A DNA stretch of 62,466 bases, filler included. It is 6 parts of 6 records of this genome, joined end to end, with 100 filler letters (N's around TTAATTAATTAA, not from the genome) between each part and the next. Parts side by side here need not be neighbours in the genome. Positions count along the whole stretch, not along the records: positions 27,146 to 37,720 come from SRR20825010_6483; positions 37,821 to 43,853 come from SRR20825010_6485; 4 more parts are not named here. The stretch is one strand, 5' to 3'. Positions 30,020-42,257 of the stretch are shown piece by piece. Position numbers and translations under genes: made by a program. Every line of letters begins with the position of its first letter. The stretch's first letter is position 1. The notes under the pieces were generated by a model. The model was not told the DNA's origin. It saw nothing but the letters and a program-made list of their open reading frames with translations, and did not search any database.

Positions 30020-30991
30020 ATGAATCCCAATTTCCTCGAATTTGAACAACCGATTGCCGACCTGGAAGCGAAAATCGAGGAATTGCGTTTGGTGGGCAGT
30101 GGCAGCGAGGTGAACATTTCCGAGGAAGTGGCCAAGCTGCAGGAAAAAAGTATTACGCTCACCGAAAGCATCTTTCGCGGCCTTAGCTCCTGGCAAATTT
30201 CCCAGCTGTCCCGGCATCCCAAGCGCCCTTACATGCTGGATTACATCAAACGGATTTTTACCGATTTTGACGAGCTGCACGGCGACCGTGCTTTTGCCGA
30301 TGATCCGGCCATCATTGGGGGCATGACGCGCCTGTCAGGTCAGCCGGTGATGGTGATTGGCCATCAGAAAGGCCGCGAAGTGAAAGAGAAGGTGCGCCGC
30401 AATTTCGGCATGCCGAAACCGGAAGGCTACCGCAAAGCGCTGCGTCTGATGGAAATGGCTGAACGTTTCAAGCTGCCGGTACTCACCTTTATTGATACGC
30501 CCGGCGCTTTCCCGGGTATTGATGCGGAAGAGCGTGGTCAGTCGGAAGCTATTGCCCGTAATTTGCGCGTTATGTCCCAGCTGAAAACGCCGATTATCGC
30601 CACGGTGATTGGTGAGGGTGGGTCCGGTGGCGCCTTGGCCATTGGTGTCTGTGACCATTTGCAGATGCTGGAATTCTCTACTTATTCAGTGATTTCTCCG
30701 GAAGGCTGCGCGTCGATTCTCTGGCGTAGTGCCGACAAGGCGCCGGAAGCGGCAGAGGCAATGGGCCTCACCGCCGGCCGGTTGCACGAGCTGGGCATTG
30801 TGGATCAGGTTATCAAGGAGCCGCTGGGCGGGGCTCACCGCGATCACGACCAGGCCGCTGATGCCGTTCGCAAGGCGCTGGAAACCCAGCTGGAATCGCT
30901 GCGCGCCATGGACATGGATGCGCTGATCGACCGCCGTTACGAGCGCCTGATGAGCTACGGTAACGTGGCCAGCGATCCCGCTGACGAATAA
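30020..30991 (+). CDS. accA: Acetyl-CoA carboxylase carboxyltransferase alpha
   Basis: [43 protein letters not shown]. Confidence 0.98.
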   Translation: MNPNFLEFEQPIADLEAKIEELRLVGSGSEVNISEEVAKLQEKSITLTESIFRGLSSWQISQLSRHPKRPYMLDYIKRIFTDFDELHGDRAFADDPAIIGGMTRLSGQPVMVIGHQKGREVKEKVRRNFGMPKPEGYRKALRLMEMAERFKLPVLTFIDTPGAFPGIDAEERGQSEAIARNLRVMSQLKTPIIATVIGEGGSGGALAIGVCDHLQMLEFSTYSVISPEGCASILWRSADKAPEAAEAMGLTAGRLHELGIVDQVIKEPLGGAHRDHDQAADAVRKALETQLESLRAMDMDALIDRRYERLMSYGNVASDPADE

Positions 30992-30993
30992 CC

Positions 30994-32295
30994 ATGTCCG
31001 ATGCCGCCGCGTTCAGCCGGTCGCTGGCTGAACAGGCCCCTGAAGGATCTCTTCTGTTGGCCCTCAGTGGCGGGCTGGACTCCGCTCTGTTGCTTCACCT
31101 CCTGATAAAAGCGGGCCTGGGCCCGCGCCTCTCCGCTGTTCATATTGACCATCAATTACAGGCTGACAGCCAGGATTGGGCACGCTTTTGCCAGTCGCTG
31201 GCGGATCAGCAAGGTATCTCGCTCGCCATCGAAAAGGTGGCTGTCGACATGGCCAACGGGCTGGAAGCTGGCGCCCGTGATGCCCGTTATCGTGTGCTAT
31301 TGCCATTGGCCCGTGCCCAGGGGGCGACGCTGGTGATGGCGCATCATCGCAATGACCAGGCAGAAACCTTGCTGTTCCGGCTCCTGCGCGGAGCGGGTGT
31401 GCAGGGGCTATCGGCCATGCGTGAACACAGTCGGCAAAAAGGGGTGTCCCTTTGGCGGCCGTTGCTGGGCGTTGACCGTCAGACGCTGGAGCAATGGGCC
31501 CCGTCGTTATCGCTCAACTGGCGCGAAGACCCCAGCAATCAGGATCAGTCCTTGCGCCGTAATTATCTGCGTCACACCATTCTGCCGGCACTGCGTGATC
31601 GCTGGCCCGGAGCCGACGCCACGCTTGCCCGGGCAGCAGATCATATGGCGGAAGCCGGTGAGCTGCTCCATGAAATCGCGGTACAGGATGCAGACAGACT
31701 TGGCGTGGCCGGAGCGTCCTTTCCGCTTACGGATTTGGCCTATTTGTCCCTGGCGCGGCAGCGCAATGTATTGCGCTGGTGGCTACAGCAAAACCGGGCT
31801 ACCGCCCCCAGTGCTGCGGTGCTGGAGCAGTTGCGGGTGCTGCATCTGGCTGCGGGGGATAGCCAGGCGCGGGTTGAGTGGGGTGGATACGCGGCACGCT
31901 TGTATCGTGGGGCATTGTATCTGGCTTCACGTGAGGCCTTTCAGCCCTGGCAGGGCGGTGAGTTCTGGCCGGAAGGGGCGCCGCCGCCGGTCTTGCCCCA
32001 CTGGCATTGGTCAAAGCAAGGTGGTGAGGGGGATATTTGGGTGCTTCGCCCACCGGGCGATCTGCAGCTCAGGGCCTTGTCCGGCTCCCTGGTCGTGCGC
32101 CGCAATGGATTGCATCAACAGATTAAGGAGCTCTGGCGTGCGGCGGGCGTGCCGCCCTGGCAGCGGCGTCAGTGGCCACTGTTGCTCCGTGATGGTGAGG
32201 TGGTGAGTGTGCCGCTGGTGGGCCTGGCCGATGGTGAAGAGAGTGGCAGCAGTGAGCGCTGGTATTTGCTGCCTTCAAACGCAGTGCCGCGCTAG
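30994..32295 (+). CDS. tilS: tRNA(Ile)-lysidine synthetase
   Basis: PP-loop ALSGGLDS, ARDARY, AHHRNDQAET, EDPSN, RRNYLRH; follows accA. Confidence 0.95.
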   Translation: MSDAAAFSRSLAEQAPEGSLLLALSGGLDSALLLHLLIKAGLGPRLSAVHIDHQLQADSQDWARFCQSLADQQGISLAIEKVAVDMANGLEAGARDARYRVLLPLARAQGATLVMAHHRNDQAETLLFRLLRGAGVQGLSAMREHSRQKGVSLWRPLLGVDRQTLEQWAPSLSLNWREDPSNQDQSLRRNYLRHTILPALRDRWPGADATLARAADHMAEAGELLHEIAVQDADRLGVAGASFPLTDLAYLSLARQRNVLRWWLQQNRATAPSAAVLEQLRVLHLAAGDSQARVEWGGYAARLYRGALYLASREAFQPWQGGEFWPEGAPPPVLPHWHWSKQGGEGDIWVLRPPGDLQLRALSGSLVVRRNGLHQQIKELWRAAGVPPWQRRQWPLLLRDGEVVSVPLVGLADGEESGSSERWYLLPSNAVPR

Positions 32296-32458
32296 CAAGC
32301 ACTCCCGCATGCGCTACAGACGCCGGGGGGCTGTCCGTTCTGGCGCACAGTAAAATACGAAACGCTTGCTCGTTTCAGTATTCCGCCTCTGACAGACTTG
32401 CGCTGACTGATCCCGAATTCCTTGCGTATCCAACCCTACTGCCGAAAAAGAGAGTGCA

Positions 32459-34360
32459 ATGCAGGCCCTTCAGCAACACTTGCAGCAGACCTTTCAGCTT
32501 CAGGCCTTTCGCCCCGGGCAGCAGGCGGTCATCGACGCCTTGTTGGCCGGGCGTTCGGCGCTGGCGGTGTTTCCCACTGGCGGCGGTAAAAGTCTGTGTT
32601 ACCAATTGCCGGCGCTGATGTTCAGTGGTGTGACCCTGGTGGTTTCACCTCTGATCGCATTGATGAAAGACCAGGTAGATCAGCTGCAGCGGTTGGGTGT
32701 TGCGGCGGCCCGGCTGGACTCCAGTGTGGACGCGGAGCAATTACAGGAGATTTACCGGGGGCTGGATGACGGCACCATCAAGTTGCTGTACGTGGCGCCG
32801 GAGCGCCTGGCCAATGAGCGATTTCTGGCGCGTTTGAAGCGGCTGTCGATCAGCATGATGGCGGTGGATGAGGCGCACTGTGTTTCTGAATGGGGGCATA
32901 ATTTCCGCCCGGATTATCTGAAGCTGGCGCAGCTTGCCAGCGATCTCAATGTGGGTAGGGTGTTGGCACTGACCGCGACTGCCACTCCCCAGGTGGCCGA
33001 GCAGATCTGCGACAGTTTTTCCATTGCCAGGGAGGATCATGTTCAGACCGGCTTTTTCCGCCCCAATCTGGCGCTGAGTATCCGGCCCCACGATGTTTCC
33101 GAACGGGATCAGGCATTGTTGGCGGCGTTGCAGTCCCGGCCGCTGGAGTCGTCCATCGTTTATGTCACTTTGCAGAAAACCGCCGAACAGGTGGCCGGGT
33201 TCCTGCAGGCGCAGGGGCTGCCGGCACAGGCATACCATGCGGGGCTCAAGGATGAGGAGCGCCACCGGGTGCAGGAAAACTTCATGGCCGGGCAGGGGAA
33301 TATTGTCGTTGCCACCATTGCGTTTGGCATGGGCATCGATAAGGCCGATATTCGCGCTATTTATCACTACAACCTGCCCAAGTCCCTGGAAAACTACATG
33401 CAGGAAATCGGCCGGGCAGGGCGGGATGGTGAACCCTCCGAGTGTGTATTGTTGGCCGGTTCGGACGATTTGACCGTACTGGAGAATTTCAGTTACGGGG
33501 ATACCTCGGACAGTGCGTCGCTGGCCGGGTTGATCGACTGGCTGGTGGGCCAGCCCGAGCAGTTCGACCTGTCGGTGCATGAATTGTCCGGGCAATTCGA
33601 TGTTCGTCCTCTGGTGATCAACACACTGCTGACCTATCTGGAGCTGGAAGGGGTGGTTCGCGCTACGGCACCATTTTATACAGAGTACAAGCTGGCTTTC
33701 CGGACGTCCCGGGATGACGTGATCAGTCAATTCAATGACGACCGGGCGGATTTCCTGCAGCGGGTCTTCGCGACCGGGAAGCAAGGGCGCATCTGGCTGA
33801 CCCTGAAACCCATTGATGCAGCCGAAGAGCTGCAGGTTGACAGGCTTCGCATCCTCAAGGCGCTGGGTTATCTGGAGCAACAGGGAATGATCGAACTGCG
33901 TGTGGCCGGGGTGCGCCAGGGATACCGGATGTTGCAGCGCCCGCAGGAGCCACAAGCGTTGACCGCCAGAATGGAAGAGCAGTTTCGCGTGCGTGAACAG
34001 CGGGATATCCAGCGGTTGCAGCAAGTGTGTGACTGGGCCGAGGGCAAGGGCTGTTATCAGCAGGCCCTGGTGAGCTATTTTGGCGAACGCTTGCCCGAAC
34101 CCTGTGGGCAGTGCAGTCATTGCAAGGGCGAGCATTGGCCCATGACGGCACGCCATCGCCGTGTACCTGACGCGACGGTAATTCAGACAGTGAGGCAGGA
34201 AGGGCATGGGGCGCTGGCCACGCCTCGGCAACTGGCGCGCTTTCTTTGTGGTATCAGCAGTCCCCGAGCCAGCCGTGCCCGTCTTGGCCGGCATCCCGCG
34301 TTTGCATCGCTGATCGACGCGCCTTTTGCCGATGTGCTGGCAGCATGTGAGACGTCCTGA
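32459..34360 (+). CDS. RecQ-family ATP-dependent DNA helicase
   Basis: PTGGGKSLCYQ, VDEAHCVSEWGHNFRPDY, TATA, ATIAFGMGIDK, QEIGRAGRDG, zinc motif PCGQCSHC. Confidence 0.93.
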   Translation: MQALQQHLQQTFQLQAFRPGQQAVIDALLAGRSALAVFPTGGGKSLCYQLPALMFSGVTLVVSPLIALMKDQVDQLQRLGVAAARLDSSVDAEQLQEIYRGLDDGTIKLLYVAPERLANERFLARLKRLSISMMAVDEAHCVSEWGHNFRPDYLKLAQLASDLNVGRVLALTATATPQVAEQICDSFSIAREDHVQTGFFRPNLALSIRPHDVSERDQALLAALQSRPLESSIVYVTLQKTAEQVAGFLQAQGLPAQAYHAGLKDEERHRVQENFMAGQGNIVVATIAFGMGIDKADIRAIYHYNLPKSLENYMQEIGRAGRDGEPSECVLLAGSDDLTVLENFSYGDTSDSASLAGLIDWLVGQPEQFDLSVHELSGQFDVRPLVINTLLTYLELEGVVRATAPFYTEYKLAFRTSRDDVISQFNDDRADFLQRVFATGKQGRIWLTLKPIDAAEELQVDRLRILKALGYLEQQGMIELRVAGVRQGYRMLQRPQEPQALTARMEEQFRVREQRDIQRLQQVCDWAEGKGCYQQALVSYFGERLPEPCGQCSHCKGEHWPMTARHRRVPDATVIQTVRQEGHGALATPRQLARFLCGISSPRASRARLGRHPAFASLIDAPFADVLAACETS

Positions 34361-34531
34361 GGTTGGCCTCGGGCTTCCTGCCTCTTGCGCCCGGTGGGGC
34401 GCAAGAATGAATCAGTCCCTCAACCTTGCTGCTCTCACAGTCACTTGGCCAGCCATTTAAACAGGCAGTGCGCAATTCGGCGTAGACGATGGGGTATCAC
34501 CACCTTTTTACGCTCTCGGGAGCGATTCCGA

Positions 34532-34560
34532 TTGAGGCGCGGGGCGGCTTCTGTTAACAT
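34532..34560 (+). promoter_or_regulatory. Candidate sigma70 promoter of pyrG-kdsA-eno
   Basis: TTGAGG-N17-TAACAT with an extended -10 TG. Confidence 0.5.
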
Positions 34561-34728
34561 TTTCTCCCGTCCTGATGTAGCGCAAGCTCCTGAATTTTCA
34601 GGTGTTCAATCGTCTCTTGCGAAGCTGGCCAACCCGATTCACGAAAGCTCCTTGCCCGTCTGTAACGTGCAGGGTGTTTTTTTTATGGGGGCCAGTACAC
34701 ACTGACGATGGTGCTATCAACCCACTAG

Positions 34729-37720
<2,992 letters not shown>

Positions 37721-37820
37721 NNNNNNNNNNNNNNNNNNNNNNNNNNNNNNNNNNNNNNNNNNNNTTAATTAATTAANNNNNNNNNNNNNNNNNNNNNNNN
37801 NNNNNNNNNNNNNNNNNNNN
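37721..37820. other. Artificial contig spacer
   Basis: N-run with central TTAATTAATTAA. Confidence 0.98.
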
Positions 37821-37821
37821 G

Positions 37822-38163
37822 GACGACTTTGGCACGGGCTATTCCTCGCTGTCGCAATTGCGCAACCTGCCGGTGCAGGAACTCAAGATCGACAAATCCT
37901 TCGTCCTGCGCCTGAATACCGAACCCCAGGACCAGCTCATCGTGCGCTCCACCATAGATATGGCCCATGGCCTGGGGTTGCGGGTTGTCGCGGAAGGAAT
38001 CGAGAACGCCGAAAGCTGGGCGCTGTTGCGGGACTGGGGCTGCGAGATCGGGCAGGGGTACTTTCTCAGCCGCCCCGTCGCCGCTGGCGACCTGAAGGAG
38101 ACAGAACAGTCGCTGACGGACCGTCAGCAGGAACTCAGATACGCAGGAGAAACCACGTCATGA
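37822..38163 (+). CDS. EAL-domain protein, C-terminal fragment (5' end lost)
   Basis: DDFGTGYSSL, ELKIDKSFV, VVAEGIE, GQGYFLSRP: all visible catalytic motifs are intact. Confidence 0.93.
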   Translation, partial: DDFGTGYSSLSQLRNLPVQELKIDKSFVLRLNTEPQDQLIVRSTIDMAHGLGLRVVAEGIENAESWALLRDWGCEIGQGYFLSRPVAAGDLKETEQSLTDRQQELRYAGETTS

Positions 38164-39041
38164 CACGCTTGGCCAGGGTACTAGGCACCGGTTTACTGGC
38201 ATTAACGGCATCGGCGAACCTGTTCGCAGACACGGGCAGCAGACTCTGGGCCACCGGTGGGGTAACGTCCATCGGGGGTGCCGCCGGGGGCGGTCTGTCA
38301 CCCTGGGCCCTGCTTGGCGGTTATGCCAGCGATGAAGAGTGGGGGGGCACGCTGACCCTGTCCCGCGCCGAAACCGACGACTATACCCTGTCGGTGGTCG
38401 GGACAGGCGTCACCTGGAACAATCGTGTTGAGCTCACGCTGGCACGCCAGACTCTGGACCTGGATAGCCTGGTGTTCACCCTGAAAAACGGCTTTGGCCT
38501 TGAAGAGGACGAACTGGTACAGGACGTTTTCGGGCTCAAAGTGAGACTCGCCGGCGACGCCCTCTACAGCCCCTGGGGGCAATGGTCAGCTGGGCTTCTG
38601 CACAAACGCAACCGCGAGTTTACCGTACCCGACGCCATCGGCGCCAAAGATGACAGCGGCACCGATATCTACGTCGGAGGCAGCAAACTCTTCTTCGCGG
38701 CGGTGATGGATCGCAATCTGCTGGTCAATGCCACCGTTCGCGGGACCAAGGCCAACCAGGGCGGCCTTCTGGGTTTCGGTGGCGACCGTAACGACAGCTA
38801 CGAGGCGATGTTTGAAGGCAGTGTCGGGTTGTTTGTGACCCGCCAGTGGCTGGTGGGTACCGAATACCGCCAGAAACCGGACAACCTGGGTTTCGCCACC
38901 GAGGACGACTGGTGGGATGTTTTCGTAGCCTGGGTACCCGACCGTCGCTTGTCGGTCACGGCCGCCCTGGTCAATCTTGGTGACGTTGCCACTCTGGAAG
39001 ACCAGCGCGGTGCCTACCTGTCACTGCAGGCCAGTTTCTGA
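38160..39041 (+). CDS. DUF3034-like predicted outer-membrane beta-barrel protein
   Basis: Signal peptide, ATGGVTSIGGAAGGGLSPWA, TKANQGGLLGFGG, EYRQKPDNL, alternating amphipathic strands, terminal YLSLQASF. Family recognised from memory of these motifs. Confidence 0.8.
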   Translation: MTRLARVLGTGLLALTASANLFADTGSRLWATGGVTSIGGAAGGGLSPWALLGGYASDEEWGGTLTLSRAETDDYTLSVVGTGVTWNNRVELTLARQTLDLDSLVFTLKNGFGLEEDELVQDVFGLKVRLAGDALYSPWGQWSAGLLHKRNREFTVPDAIGAKDDSGTDIYVGGSKLFFAAVMDRNLLVNATVRGTKANQGGLLGFGGDRNDSYEAMFEGSVGLFVTRQWLVGTEYRQKPDNLGFATEDDWWDVFVAWVPDRRLSVTAALVNLGDVATLEDQRGAYLSLQASF

Positions 39042-39058
39042 CAACCCGGGAGGATACT

Positions 39059-39499
39059 ATGAAACATTCCGTCATCATCATGGTTCTGCTGCCCCTGCTG
39101 GTCCTCTCCGGTTGCCAGTCCATGGTTGAATCCAGTCAACAGAATACTTCTCTCTATCAGCAGCTTGGGGAGCGTTCCGGCATTGCCGATATCGTCGAAG
39201 ACCTGCTCTACCGGATTGTCGAAGACGAGCGTATCAACGATCAGTTTCGTGGCATTGACGTGCGCCAGTTCCACACCAACCTGACGGACCAACTCTGCGA
39301 ACTCAGTGGTGGGCCGTGCACCTATTCCGGGCGCGGAATGCGCGAAAGCCACGCCGATATGAACGTGACGGACACCCAATTCAATGCCCTGGCCGAGAAC
39401 CTCATCCTGGCCATGGAAGAGAACGGCATACCCACGGGTGCGCAGAACCAACTGATCAAAAAACTGGTGCCGCTGTACCCCCAGATCCGCAACCTTTGA
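39059..39499 (+). CDS. Group I truncated (2/2) hemoglobin with a lipoprotein signal peptide
   Basis: Lipobox LSGC; SLYQQLG, DERI, GGPCTYSGRGMRESH (proximal His); GGAGG RBS. Confidence 0.9.
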   Translation: MKHSVIIMVLLPLLVLSGCQSMVESSQQNTSLYQQLGERSGIADIVEDLLYRIVEDERINDQFRGIDVRQFHTNLTDQLCELSGGPCTYSGRGMRESHADMNVTDTQFNALAENLILAMEENGIPTGAQNQLIKKLVPLYPQIRNL

Positions 39500-39565
39500 G
39501 CCGGGCGACAAACCGGTTAAGCTTGCCCGCTGACCAATAAACCTTTCCTGACGGGAGAATAAACC

Positions 39566-39952
39566 TTGCTCGACAACGCGGATCTGGGAAAACTGATTGT
39601 TCGACTGACCCTGGGCGGACTATTGCTGTTTCATGGCATCGCCAAGCTGTTCCATGGCGTGGGCTTCATCGAAGGCCAACTGGCCAGCCATGGGATTCCC
39701 GCCTTTTTCGCGTGGGGCGTGTTCATTGGTGAGTTGCTGGCACCATTAATGGTGATCCTGGGCTACCAGACCCGTATCGGCGCCTTACTCATCGCCTTCA
39801 ACATGCTGGTGGCCATAGCGCTGGTACACAGCCATGAGCTGATGACATTGGGCAATCACGGCGGCTGGGCACTGGAGCTGCAGGGTTTCTTCCTGTTCAT
39901 CGCGGTAGCCGTTATTTTTCTCGGCCCCGGCCGCTACAAGCTGAAAAACTGA
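39566..39952 (+). CDS. DoxX-family membrane protein
   Basis: LIVRL...FHGIAKL, GE, LG..TRIGA, VH, GWALE, GPGRY; TTG start with a GGGAG RBS. Confidence 0.88.
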   Translation: MLDNADLGKLIVRLTLGGLLLFHGIAKLFHGVGFIEGQLASHGIPAFFAWGVFIGELLAPLMVILGYQTRIGALLIAFNMLVAIALVHSHELMTLGNHGGWALELQGFFLFIAVAVIFLGPGRYKLKN

Positions 39953-39954
39953 CG

Positions 39955-41754
39955 TTAGGAACCGGCGATGGCCTCTGCGCCCGACTCCCGGAATACCATC
40001 ACCTGGTTACGCCCTGCGCCCTTAGCGGCATACAGGGCCTCATCGGCCCTGCCGATGAGGTCCTCGGGGCGGCTGCCCGGTTCCGGCAGGATGGTGGCCA
40101 CCCCGGCGCTCACCGACAGGTTCAATGGGCTGCTGTGGTCACCAACGTAAACCGATGTGCCCGCCACAGCCACCCGCAAGCGTTCAGCCACATTGGCGGC
40201 CCCGGCCTCCGGCGTCGCCGGCAGGAGCACACTGAATTCCTCGCCGCCGTATCGCGCCAGCAAATCTCCTGAGCGCTGGATTTCGGCGGCGCAGACCCAC
40301 GCGACACTGACCAGGCAATCATCCCCCGCCAGATGGCCAAAGTTGTCGTTCACCCGTTTGAAGTAATCAATATCCAACAGGACCAGGCTCAGGGGATGTC
40401 CCTGGCGCAGGGCACGGTGCCATTCTGCCTCCAGTTTTTCGTCAAACTGGCGACGATTGGCAACCCCGGTCAAGCCATCAGTAATGGAAACCGCCTTGAG
40501 TTGCTCATTGACTTGCTCCAGCTCTTCCGTACGCGCCTGAACGCGGGCTTCCAACGTCTGGTTGGCTTGCAGCTGGATGTCCAGGGCATGGTCCTGGGCC
40601 TCAATCCTGAGGCGGCGCTCAAGGTTGATTCTGTACGCCAGGGCAAACGACATCAAAATGACCTCCAGCGCCACACCCGTCTGGGGTGCAAGCTCTGTTA
40701 CCGTGCTGGTAGGAATAAGGCCGATTTTACTGATCGACATAACCAGATGCCCGAGCAGTAACGGGGTCCATGCCACCACGTAGAACCCCGCCAATGCCTG
40801 GCCCTTGCGCCAGACGACCAGGCCAAGAATCCAGGTAAGGGGAGTGATTACCGCCGCGAATACGCTGATGATGGCTGTAGAGCTCTGGTAAGACCCGAAA
40901 AGGCCGTAGACAAGACTGCACCCACTGACCAATGCCACCAATTGCAACACGCGGTAGGACACCCGGCTGTAATTTCGGACGGCGAGAAAGTTCAGTGCAA
41001 ACATCACCGCAAACAGAATGTTGGCCGATATGGCCGGGGCCGTGAAGTAACGGTTCAGAATCGGCAAATCCGGCCAGAGCCACTGGAACACCAGGCCGTT
41101 GAAGTTCAGCAACACCAGTGCAGAAGCAACCACGGTCAACACGTACCACAGATAGGCCTGTTGACGGACGATGACGAATACAAACAGGTTGTACAGGGCC
41201 ATGGCAATCATGATGCCCAGGAAAACCGCCTGCCAGCCGTAGTCCAGTTGCTCACGCGCCAGAAAGTCCGCCGACTCGACAACCTGGGCCGGGATCTGCA
41301 CCGCCCCCTCACTCTGAACACGGACATACGCTGTGGTGGGGTCACTGTTCGAAGGTACCGGAAAAACAAAGTTGCGGTGGTAAATCGGGCGGGAGCCGAA
41401 CTTGCGACTGTCCCCGGTGACATGGCGTTCCACCTGCTCGCCCCCGATATACCAGTAGACCCGCACATCGTCCAACAGGGGATAGCCGATTTCCAGCACC
41501 CGGTTAACCGGCTCAGCAGGCACCTCAACTCGTAGCCAATAGGTGCTTTTGGTGAAGCCAAAATTCAGGGTTTGTTTACGGGCAACTGGTTGCCATTGCG
41601 CTTCCGCCAGGCCACGGATATCCTCCACATCCGTCTCCGGCCCCGATGCTTCAAACCAGGCAAACGATGCCCTTTCACCGTAGGCAGGGCCCGCGGCCAT
41701 GGTCAGCGCCAGCAACAGTATCCGCACCAGTCGGCAAACTGAAAAAGTGCTCAT
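39955..41754 (-). CDS. 7TMR-DISM (DISMED2 + 7TM) diguanylate cyclase
   Basis: NFGFTKSTYWLR extracellular domain, seven TM segments from ALYNLFVF, DGLTGVANRR, DIDYFK, RSGD I-site, RYGGEEF. Confidence 0.93.
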   Translation of the reverse strand: MSTFSVCRLVRILLLALTMAAGPAYGERASFAWFEASGPETDVEDIRGLAEAQWQPVARKQTLNFGFTKSTYWLRVEVPAEPVNRVLEIGYPLLDDVRVYWYIGGEQVERHVTGDSRKFGSRPIYHRNFVFPVPSNSDPTTAYVRVQSEGAVQIPAQVVESADFLAREQLDYGWQAVFLGIMIAMALYNLFVFVIVRQQAYLWYVLTVVASALVLLNFNGLVFQWLWPDLPILNRYFTAPAISANILFAVMFALNFLAVRNYSRVSYRVLQLVALVSGCSLVYGLFGSYQSSTAIISVFAAVITPLTWILGLVVWRKGQALAGFYVVAWTPLLLGHLVMSISKIGLIPTSTVTELAPQTGVALEVILMSFALAYRINLERRLRIEAQDHALDIQLQANQTLEARVQARTEELEQVNEQLKAVSITDGLTGVANRRQFDEKLEAEWHRALRQGHPLSLVLLDIDYFKRVNDNFGHLAGDDCLVSVAWVCAAEIQRSGDLLARYGGEEFSVLLPATPEAGAANVAERLRVAVAGTSVYVGDHSSPLNLSVSAGVATILPEPGSRPEDLIGRADEALYAAKGAGRNQVMVFRESGAEAIAGS

Positions 41755-41914
41755 AGTGGCCGTGTTACCCGGAACAGGAAAACTCAACTAAACTGTCGAT
41801 GCCAACAGTCAGTCCCAATGCCTCCTTGCGTTTACTTCTTACCAGTCTAGACGTTTACTGGGAGTAAGTCCGCCTCAAAAATGCGTAGCAATCAACTACG
41901 TATGGAGAAACACG

Positions 41915-42151
41915 ATGACCGATAAGAAATCAGAGCTACGCCCTGGCCGCTACCGCCACTACAAAGGCAGGGACTATGACGTTATCGGCGTGGCCCGCCA
42001 CAGCGAAACCGAGGAACCGATGGTCGTTTATCGCTGCCTGTACGGCGACTACAGCCTATGGGTACGACCATTGGCGATGTTTCAGGAAACCGTGGAAGTC
42101 GCTGGCGAGGACGTTCCCCGGTTTACCTACGTGGCTGACGACCACACGTAA
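41915..42151 (+). CDS. DUF1653 domain protein
   Basis: GRYRHYKG, ARHSET, VVYRCLYG, LWVRPLAMF; GGAG RBS. Confidence 0.9.
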   Translation: MTDKKSELRPGRYRHYKGRDYDVIGVARHSETEEPMVVYRCLYGDYSLWVRPLAMFQETVEVAGEDVPRFTYVADDHT

Positions 42152-42257
42152 ACACGATTTTTGACTGCAGCACGCGTTTCCGGCACATTAGCGCGCTTTC
42201 CTGAACCGCCCCACCTCCGGGGCGCTGAAAGCCATCCCCGACATCCCGGAGTCTGCC

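Noticed and set aside
14715-30991. Two accA genes as a gene duplication
   Set aside because: They lie on different contigs with different gene contexts and probably different classes of organism.
32741-34294. 517-aa minus-strand ORF
   Set aside because: Antisense shadow of the RecQ-family gene.
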